From positions 1-10,246 of the forward strand of contig JADGIF010000353.1 in NCBI GenBank assembly GCA_018985225.1: DNA of 10,246 nucleotides. Direction: 5' to 3'. The position numbers and the translations under genes are program-made. The DNA comes from Amoeboradix gromovi X-113. Its lineage: Eukaryota; Fungi; Sanchytriomycota. Under the pieces are notes generated by a model. The model had not been told where the DNA came from, searched no databases, and saw nothing but the letters and a program-made list of their open reading frames with translations. Shown here piece by piece: positions 1 to 6,905 of this stretch (position 1 is the first letter of the stretch; each line of letters begins with the position of its first letter).

Positions 1-488
1 TTATTAATGATAGCATTTCCTCCGTATGGAGCACCTTTAAAAACGAGTTAGTCTAGTTTTTGTATTTGGTGTCCCATTTATCATCTTCTCAATGCACAGT
101 TTCAGTGGCACCCACTTGTCGGTGATCGCGACATTCACCTCTACATTCTGCATCTTTTCCATAAGCATCGTAATTCTATGTCTCTGTATTTTTAGAATAC
201 TCGCAAACATCGGAAAAATCGCACATATAAGCGCCGCAGGCGGTAGTACATCGACGACGTTGAATTCGTAACTTCCGATTTTAGAATTCTCTCGAAATAC
301 GTTCTTTGGCATTCGTTGCTACACTCAAACCTTTCCAATGTCGTGCTTCCATTTGCTTTGAAGTTTCGGAACTGACCCCACCAGCTCGATTGTTAATTGA
401 ATAAATCATTTATCGCGAATTTGTATGCATTCTTATATAATTTCATGACTTTTCTAACAGCTTAAACACTAGATGTTCTTCATTTCGC

Positions 489-510
489 AAATGGTAAATG
501 GAATAAATGG
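489..510 (+). repeat. Three short direct repeats AAATGG (candidate TnpA-binding left-end repeats)
   Basis: AAATGG at 489-494, 496-501 and 505-510; the last overlaps the ATG. The TnpA-binding role is inferred from known IS607 end structure. Confidence 0.55.
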
Positions 511-863
511 ATGTAATCCCGAATGTCATATCTAAAGAAATAACTAACAGGTACAGCATACATTCATCAACACTGAGGAACTGGTCCAAGCATGGAACAA
601 TTAGATGTCTTTCGATGCCTAGAAAGAGATCAATGATAGATAAACCTGTAAACCATTTATTTAATAATTCTTGTGATTGGTCTTACCGAATACGCGACAA
701 TAGAGATCTTATGGCAGCAAGGAACATACACATCAAGTATATACATCCTTATTCAATCCCGCCTCAGGGTAGTGCAAGTGTGAGCAATCACTGTAACGGA
801 GCATCTAGCATTGCCAGTTTCTCTGCGGAAATTCTCAATTTTCTCGGAAATCAGGACTTTTAA
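507..863 (+). pseudogene. Chimeric remnant ORF (118 aa): IS607 TnpA N-terminal MerR-like HTH joined to TnpB/Fanzor C-terminal RuvC-III segment
   Basis: Residues 9-41 SKEITNRYSIHSSTLRNWSKHGTIRCLSMPRKR fit the IS607 TnpA pattern (TLRxWxxxGxIxxxRxPGGxR). Residues 65-74 NRDLMAARNI fit the TnpB/Fanzor DRDxNAAxNI motif. No recombinase catalytic domain, RuvC-I/II or intact zinc finger is visible. Confidence 0.72.
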
Positions 864-867
864 TGAG
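745..867 (+). ncRNA. Putative omegaRNA/fRNA scaffold of the Fanzor/TnpB remnant
   Basis: Lies directly 3' of the RuvC-III motif, where TnpB/Fanzor omegaRNAs are encoded. Contains GTGA-GCAA-TCAC (780-791, GNRA tetraloop), TTTC-TCTGCG-GAAA (818-831) and ATTTT-CTCG-GAAAT (838-851, one G.U pair). Confidence 0.5.
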
Positions 868-1047
868 ATAAGTCATGATTAATTGCCTTGCGCTCTAATA
901 ACTTGCATAGACCGCTTGTAAGGGCCGCCAATTTCTAAGCCAGAGCTGGACTTTCTCCAACACGATAAGAGGTGGTTCTGGTAGAAGGTTTGCAGCGAAT
1001 TGAGCACGCACGGAGACTGCCATATGAAATATAGTAAAAAGTTTTGT

Positions 1048-1227
1048 TTATTGCTCTAAAACTGATATCGTATTACAAATTCTGGATAAAGATTCACTTA
1101 GGTCTTGCTTGTGCTTTGGGAGTATAAACTCCTTTACTTTCTGTACTGATTCAAGTGTTACTCTCTTTTCTTTTAAAGTACGTTGTTTTGACAAACTTTG
1201 TTGAATACCTGCAAGTATTAAGATCAT
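1048..1227 (-). CDS. Small hypothetical ORF (59 aa, MILILAGIQQ...ISVLEQ) or 3' part of a decayed/spliced gene; not in the ORF track
   Basis: Frame is open from 1278 to TAA at 1050-1048. The stop overlaps AATAAAC (1052-1046), the same signal found at the ends of three intact genes. Confidence 0.35.
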   Translation of the reverse strand: MILILAGIQQSLSKQRTLKEKRVTLESVQKVKEFILPKHKQDLSESLSRICNTISVLEQ

Positions 1228-1740
1228 CCCTTTTCTATTTTTGGATTTGTATTCCTCATTAATTGAATATAATTCCAGTTAAAACCTCGCTTTAAAGACT
1301 TCTTATGAAGAGGACCCACTACTTAGAACAAATATCATCTTAAATAGTTTTAAATCTTAAAATAAACTTTATGTCTACCAGGAGCTAGTTTTCATCTACT
1401 TCAGATACACAATAAAAATTGATTCATCTAAATATTTTGAAAAGAGATGATATTTAGTTTGACTTCGCCATACTATAATAATCTTCCCGCATATGATCAA
1501 CTGTGAAGGTGTGAGTGCGGTAATTAATGGAGCTGCTCTGCCTTACTCTGAAAAAACGATATTATGATGATCTCTGGTACTCAGACTAGTAGCGCTAATA
1601 TGTCACAAGCATTTTACAGTTCTAAACTATATGCACTTAGATGTTTGGTAGAAACTCAATATTCGCAAAACATGAAAGCGATGCAAGCTGTAGTTTAATA
1701 GTATGTAAAAAAGGGTTTAAGCTGTAAATATTTAATAAGA

Positions 1741-2604
1741 TTATATCACCATTTTAATTATAACTCCATCTTCAGAACAGCATATTATTTCATTTGAATC
1801 TACGCTTATAGCTCGCACTATATCTTGCAAATTCAAATCAACAAGCTCAGTGCAAGTTAATGAGTTCTTATTAATTTCAAATATGCCCAAGGTGTATTTT
1901 TCCTGATATTCCATACAGCAATATATTTTTTCGTCCACGAGTTCGACTATAGATTGGCACTTCCATTCATTTATCCCATAGTTTTGAATGAATCCAAAAT
2001 CAATGCATTTTTCACCTTCGACATTCCAAATGGAAAACTGGTTCATGTCAGTCACAACAAATATGTAATTATTAAAAGTTCTAGCCATGTTAACAGATAC
2101 TTCTACATTGCAAGTGGTAAGGGTAACCAAATATTCGTCTACAGTATCCTCATCCATTCCTTGAAGCTGCAATAATTCAAAAATATTCATAATGTTTACA
2201 GTACCATCCGTAGAGCTACTTATCAGCATATCCCCAGACATATTTAGCGAGGTGATGTCATCACAATGAATCTGTAGCTTTAGCACTTCAACTCTATTTT
2301 CAAATAGTCGCAGCAAGCCTCCTTCATGTCCAACTGCAACAATGTTGAAGGAACAACACACTGCAGTAATTCTGTTAGACTCAATTATAGCGCTCATTGT
2401 ATCCTCCATTGCATATACAGTGGAATTAGATGCAAACAATACGCTATTCCTGTCTATGATATTTACATCCTCGGTATGTAAATATGTTAGATCATTATTC
2501 AGAAAAGTCAATTTATCTCCACATACCATGTAGCCGTTGTTTAACTTGCAAATCCTTCTTATAAATCGACCAGTAGATAATTTAGAGATTATTTTCAACC
2601 CCAT
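1741..2604 (-). CDS. WD40-like beta-propeller protein (divergent)
   Basis: Repeats such as IHCDDITSLNMSGDMLISSSTDGTVNIMNI, RITAVCCSFNIVAVGHEGGLLRLFE and DIVRAISVDSNEIICCSEDGVII. The track start at 2616 is GTG; the first ATG is at 2604. Confidence 0.75.
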   Translation of the reverse strand: MGLKIISKLSTGRFIRRICKLNNGYMVCGDKLTFLNNDLTYLHTEDVNIIDRNSVLFASNSTVYAMEDTMSAIIESNRITAVCCSFNIVAVGHEGGLLRLFENRVEVLKLQIHCDDITSLNMSGDMLISSSTDGTVNIMNIFELLQLQGMDEDTVDEYLVTLTTCNVEVSVNMARTFNNYIFVVTDMNQFSIWNVEGEKCIDFGFIQNYGINEWKCQSIVELVDEKIYCCMEYQEKYTLGIFEINKNSLTCTELVDLNLQDIVRAISVDSNEIICCSEDGVIIKMVI

Positions 2605-2667
2605 TGTAAACCCCACCCTCTAGGACAAAATTTATGAAGACACTTTTAAATTAACAACACTAACGAG

Positions 2668-2674
2668 GTTTATT
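2668..2674 (-). terminator. Polyadenylation-like signal AATAAAC after TRM1
   Basis: AATAAAC begins 6 nt after the TAG stop. Confidence 0.55.
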
Positions 2675-2680
2675 ATATTT

Positions 2681-4162
2681 CTAATCTCTTGCTTCTTCAT
2701 GAACTTTTGCTAATTTATGCACGACTTTCTCATCATCTATATCCAAAGTTCTCTTTTTTGGTTTACTCAATGGCGCATTTCTAGTCTGCATATATCTGCC
2801 CTGCTTGTCTTTTATCATGGCATCGGCATGGTGTTCAAAACTCACTTCCCAATCAACCGCTTTGGTCAATAGTTTTGATGCCAGGGTCTCCGGTTGTGGT
2901 TTAGTTTCAATGGATTTAAAGAAAGTTCTATAAATATCATACACCTTGGATATGGGCATATCCGTTTTAATGCAGTCTCCGCCTACATGACTTGGGGATG
3001 CCTTGTATCCAGCGTTAAATATCGCATTTCGAATTTTTATTGTTTTTGGCATTTGTCCTCTAAACACCTTACTCAAACCCTTCATACGTAAATACAAAGG
3101 AGCATCGATCTCATCCTTAACAGCATTTAAGATTCCCATCAATCGTTTTGAAGTTTCTAAATTTAGTTTGCTTTTTTTATCATTCAACTCTGTAATCAGG
3201 TTTTGAACAAATGGTTTGTCGTGCAACGGGCCCAAATAAATAGGACCTGTCATAGTTATATCATACTCACATTCCGGACACTTACTATCAACTGTCAATA
3301 AAGATGGTGAGTATTTATTCTTGTTACTTTTAGAAGCAAATGGTTGGCATTTATACCATTTACAGCGAGTACATTGAAAGCATACACCACTGTGTGCGCA
3401 AGTATCTTTAGCAAGAGTTGCAGACGATTCCACCTTAATAAACAATCGGATGTAAAAGTCGATGGATACGCACAACAACGGGACCACTGCCTTCTTTAGT
3501 CTGTTAGCACTATCTACCACACTTTTCAAGACAAGCCGTAATGCATGCTCGTGACTGAAATCGGAATGCGAAGCCATTCCACCATATTTCATGAAATTCG
3601 ATTCTGGTTGCTTACCACCAGCTAGTGTTTGCATGTCCGTGCAGGTAATACATATTAGACCACCTTTGTTAACGTTTTTCACTGCGTTTTCTATAAATGG
3701 TGAACATGTTCCATATGGGTCAATATCAATAATATCAAAGTGACCACTAATGCTTGCAGCATCTTGATGTCTAATTTCTATTCCATCAGTAGGTTGTTCC
3801 AACAAAACTTCAGGTACGAGTGAATGCTCGAAGTTGTACTCATCAAGCATGTTCTTTAAGCGATCAAAGTCACGAATTTCACTAATTTCATTTAGCTTCA
3901 AATTGGATTGAATCATTTTTATAGCATCCGAATCAACATCATTAGCCACCACGTTCACATTATTTAATTCCTTATAGTATCTTATAGCACGCAGTCCAGT
4001 TGCGGATAGTGCATCCAAAATTGATTTACCTTTGTGTTCATTCATTACCAGCAGACTAAGATCCCTGTTAATCATTTGAGCGGGATTATAGAATACCTGA
4101 GGAGTCGGATTGATGATTGCATTTCCTTCTCTGATTTTTTGATCAGGAGCTGTCGCTGTCAT
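2681..4162 (-). CDS. TRM1: tRNA (guanine26-N2,N2)-dimethyltransferase Trm1
   Basis: VFYNPAQMINRDLS, SAM-binding DALSATGLRAIRY, VANDVD, FDIIDIDPYG, GGLICITCTD, CxxC...CxxC (CTRC/CPEC), GPIYLGPLHD, and a basic C-terminal KPKKR (NLS-like). Confidence 0.96.
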   Translation of the reverse strand: MTATAPDQKIREGNAIINPTPQVFYNPAQMINRDLSLLVMNEHKGKSILDALSATGLRAIRYYKELNNVNVVANDVDSDAIKMIQSNLKLNEISEIRDFDRLKNMLDEYNFEHSLVPEVLLEQPTDGIEIRHQDAASISGHFDIIDIDPYGTCSPFIENAVKNVNKGGLICITCTDMQTLAGGKQPESNFMKYGGMASHSDFSHEHALRLVLKSVVDSANRLKKAVVPLLCVSIDFYIRLFIKVESSATLAKDTCAHSGVCFQCTRCKWYKCQPFASKSNKNKYSPSLLTVDSKCPECEYDITMTGPIYLGPLHDKPFVQNLITELNDKKSKLNLETSKRLMGILNAVKDEIDAPLYLRMKGLSKVFRGQMPKTIKIRNAIFNAGYKASPSHVGGDCIKTDMPISKVYDIYRTFFKSIETKPQPETLASKLLTKAVDWEVSFEHHADAMIKDKQGRYMQTRNAPLSKPKKRTLDIDDEKVVHKLAKVHEEARD

Positions 4163-4311
4163 CCGAGTTTCAAAACGTTTTTAAAAAGAGTTAGGTTATT
4201 TTAAATTGCAGCAAGAGAACAGACGAGTAATAGTTTGAACCCATTACAACGCAGATTCGCTACTATGCTGCTGCCATAGTTGTTGGTTCTCATTTTTATT
4301 AAAAATTAAAA
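4163..4311. promoter_or_regulatory. Short divergent (probably bidirectional) promoter region between TRM1 and prolyl oligopeptidase
   Basis: Only 149 nt separate two head-to-head start codons; A/T tracts lie next to both ATGs. Confidence 0.55.
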
Positions 4312-6375
4312 ATGAGCTTGTATTCTCCCAGTATCATGTCCACTCCAGAGGATCCGTTCCAATACTTGGAGTCCAATTCCGATAAGACCAACCGGTTTAT
4401 AACTGATCAGAACAACAAACTGTCTAGTTTTCTTAAAGTCAATCCGCAAATCCAGAAAGATTTAACTTCCAATTTCAATTATGAACGTTTTTCAATATAT
4501 CGCTATCATCATCCGTACTACTACTTCACCTATAATCCAGGACTTTTAAACCAATCTCTTTTAATGAGAATTCACGTTGATTCCAAGGTTGAACAAGTAG
4601 TTTTAGATCCAAATTTGTGGTCTACAGATGGTACCGTCTGCTTAACTATCTATTCTATTAGCAAGAATGGAAACTATTTGTGCTACTGCAAATCTACAAG
4701 TGGTAGTGACTGGACCACTATTCATGCATTGGATCTAAATACTTTTACCCCTTTTCCTGAACATCTCGAATATTGCAAATTCACCTCTATAACTTTTACT
4801 CATGATGAGTTGGGTACATTTTACCAGCAATACCCTAAACCAAACACATCTGATTTGGGTACTGATACAGATGTGTCTATAAATCCAACTTTAAAATATC
4901 ACATTTGGGGTTCTGATCCAACAAGTGACAGAGTTATCTATAAAGATCCTAGCAATCCCAAGTATATGTACTATACGAGGATAAGTCATTCTGGTAATTT
5001 GTTGTTCATAACAGTCAGCAGGGACTGTGAATCCAAAAACCTGTTGTTTTATATCCCTCTAACTGACTTTAAATTGCCATCAGAATTCAAAATTGTTAGA
5101 TTGATTGACTATTGGGATGCAGAATACTCATATGTACACGATATGGACAACATTTTAATTCTAAAAACTAATTTAAAAGCTCCAAATCACAAATTAATAA
5201 AATACGATTTAAATGACAACTCCTGTACCGATTTACTCACAAAATACCATTTGACTGGATACGCTGTAATGCAAGATGCTTTTGTGTCAAACAACTATCT
5301 TTGTATAGAATGGTTAGTCGATGTTGAAGGCAAATTAACAATTCACAAAATGGATTCTACGCTTGTTAAAGAGATTCAGTTTGATCAGAAATGTGTCTCA
5401 TTTGCTGGGATTTATGCCAGATATGATAGCACTGTTATGATTGTTAAGATATACGGATTTAGCACACCAGGGTTGATGTATTCTGTCAATATGCAAAATG
5501 AACATGTAGGGGACTACTCATTGCTGAGAGCAACCGAGATCAAAATGGATATGAGTAGTATCAAAACAACTAAAGAGTGGGTAACTGCATCAGATGGCAC
5601 AAAGATTCCAATGTTTGTTACTAGAGATATATCAAGAATTAGTAGAAATGATCCTATCTACTTATATGGATATGGAGGATTTAATATAACCTTGGATCCT
5701 TACTTCAGTATGACAGCTGCCGCATTTATCAAGTATTGCAACGGGATATATGCAGTAGCATGTATTAGAGGCGGTGGGGAATTGGGAGAAGATTGGCATT
5801 TGCAAGGCATTAAGATGAATAAAAAGAGAGGGCTCAAGGATTTCATAGAGTGTGCTGAGTACTTGAAGGCGCATTATTCTAATAAATTATTTATTCATGG
5901 TGGTAGCAATGGCGGCTTACTCACTGCAGCTTGTTCCCAATTATCACCTTCTTCTTTTGATGCTGCTATTTGTGATGTAGGAGTATTAGATATGCTGAAA
6001 TATCATAAATACACTATTGGTTTACACAATATTAATATAGGGCATGCATGGATATCAGATTATGGCGATCCTGATGATTCAGAAATGAGGGCATATTTAA
6101 AGAGTTACTCACCATACCATAATCCTAACAAAGATATTCCGTGGTTGCTCTGCTGCACTAGTAGTCATGATGACAGAGTGTCGCCGCATCACAGCTACAA
6201 ATTTGTAGCAAATCAGCAATGCAGTGATAAAATATTTTTAAGAGTTGAGTTGAAATCTGGTCATGGGCAAGGAAGAAGCGTTGAAAAAACAATCAAAGAA
6301 TGGACGGACAAATTTTCGTTTTTATGTCAGGTTTTGAATATCGGCTGGCATAGCGACAAGTCACCAATAAACTAA
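4312..6375 (+). CDS. Prolyl oligopeptidase (peptidase S9A); probably join(4312..6019,6041..6375), 680 aa
   Basis: EDPFQYLE, GSDW, YGYGGF, IRGGGELGEDWH, nucleophile GGSNGG, VGVLDML, HDDRV (catalytic Asp), GHG (catalytic His). Confidence 0.96.
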   Translation: MSLYSPSIMSTPEDPFQYLESNSDKTNRFITDQNNKLSSFLKVNPQIQKDLTSNFNYERFSIYRYHHPYYYFTYNPGLLNQSLLMRIHVDSKVEQVVLDPNLWSTDGTVCLTIYSISKNGNYLCYCKSTSGSDWTTIHALDLNTFTPFPEHLEYCKFTSITFTHDELGTFYQQYPKPNTSDLGTDTDVSINPTLKYHIWGSDPTSDRVIYKDPSNPKYMYYTRISHSGNLLFITVSRDCESKNLLFYIPLTDFKLPSEFKIVRLIDYWDAEYSYVHDMDNILILKTNLKAPNHKLIKYDLNDNSCTDLLTKYHLTGYAVMQDAFVSNNYLCIEWLVDVEGKLTIHKMDSTLVKEIQFDQKCVSFAGIYARYDSTVMIVKIYGFSTPGLMYSVNMQNEHVGDYSLLRATEIKMDMSSIKTTKEWVTASDGTKIPMFVTRDISRISRNDPIYLYGYGGFNITLDPYFSMTAAAFIKYCNGIYAVACIRGGGELGEDWHLQGIKMNKKRGLKDFIECAEYLKAHYSNKLFIHGGSNGGLLTAACSQLSPSSFDAAICDVGVLDMLKYHKYTIGLHNINIGHAWISDYGDPDDSEMRAYLKSYSPYHNPNKDIPWLLCCTSSHDDRVSPHHSYKFVANQQCSDKIFLRVELKSGHGQGRSVEKTIKEWTDKFSFLCQVLNIGWHSDKSPIN
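6020..6040 (+). other. Predicted 21-nt spliceosomal intron GTTTACACAATATTAATATAG
   Basis: GT...TAG ends, very AT-rich, with a TTAAT branch-like motif near the acceptor. Removal converts KYTIGLHNINIGHAW to the family-typical KYTIGHAW. Confidence 0.85.
6366..6372 (+). terminator. Polyadenylation-like signal AATAAAC at the POP stop
   Basis: AATAAAC immediately precedes the TAA stop (6373-6375). Confidence 0.5.
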
Positions 6376-6450
6376 ACTTTATTATTCTGATAACTGATAC
6401 CATTTGGCGATGAAAAATTTAAAGCTACATTCCTTTGGCAGCCATCTGCC

Positions 6451-6524
6451 ATGATACCTGCTTTACAAGAAATGAGAAAGACAACATTGTTGATTTCTCA
6501 TTTCTTGTGTATTAGACCTGCTTT
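6451..6524. repeat. 44-nt near-perfect foldback flanked by 14-nt imperfect direct repeats
   Basis: ACAAGAAATGAGAAA (6465-6479) and TTTCTCATTTCTTGT (6494-6508) are perfect 15-bp inverted arms around an inner CAAC-ATT-GTTG. Flanks are ATGATACCTGCTTT (6451-6464) and ATTAGACCTGCTTT (6511-6524). Confidence 0.85.
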
Positions 6525-6905
6525 TTGAACGACGAAGATCTGCAGTAAGAATTCAGTTAATACCATTATTGAACCGTCAACCCGATTTAGTTATTTTACT
6601 TTAAATTTCCGATGGAGGCGAGTGCCGCACAGGTATAGCAGAGCCGATAGAGCTAATAATAATCTTTTGACTTGCATTACTAATTTCTAAAATTATCGTA
6701 AATTCTGCAGGAAGGCCCATGTTGGATAAGTTCTTTGCACATGTGACCTTCATATTATCACAATATCCCAAAGGTCAGATACTTGTGATGCATTTTATAT
6801 CCCGTGTTAATCATGACTTAGGAATGAAATCACCATGACCAATAAAAACGTACCAATCATATGACTAGGTGGGACATTAAAATTGATCGAGTACCTCAAA
6901 TTAAA

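Larger units (their letters stand above)
470..867 (+). mobile_element. Putative non-autonomous (internally deleted) IS607-family / Fanzor2-type element; boundaries approximate
   Basis: Part order matches IS607 architecture: three AAATGG direct repeats (489-510), TnpA-like HTH coding segment (507-629), TnpB/Fanzor RuvC-III motif NRDLMAARNI (699-728), then a hairpin-rich tail (~755-860). Ends (TAG at 470-472, GAG at 865-867) are guesses. Confidence 0.7.

Noticed and set aside
37-312. 91-aa ORF as a real gene
   Set aside because: No recognisable motif or AATAAAC near its stop; competing frames are equally plausible.
457-1725. 11-bp inverted repeat ACAGCTTAAAC (457-467) / GTTTAAGCTGT (1715-1725) as transposon TIRs
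   Set aside because: No matching target-site duplication and no transposase inside; a match this long is plausible by chance in AT-rich DNA.
2620-2643. Possible 22-24-nt GT-AG intron upstream of the WD40 ATG (minus strand)
   Set aside because: No upstream ATG or protein-level evidence; cannot be supported without transcripts.
1954-3206. Plus-strand ORFs 1954-2175, 2342-2533, 2894-3091, 3003-3206
   Set aside because: Antisense shadows of the WD40 and TRM1 genes; no motifs.
6605-6725. GC-richer intergenic patch as tRNA/SRP/snRNA
   Set aside because: No cloverleaf, A/B boxes or complete SRP/snRNA motif recognisable.
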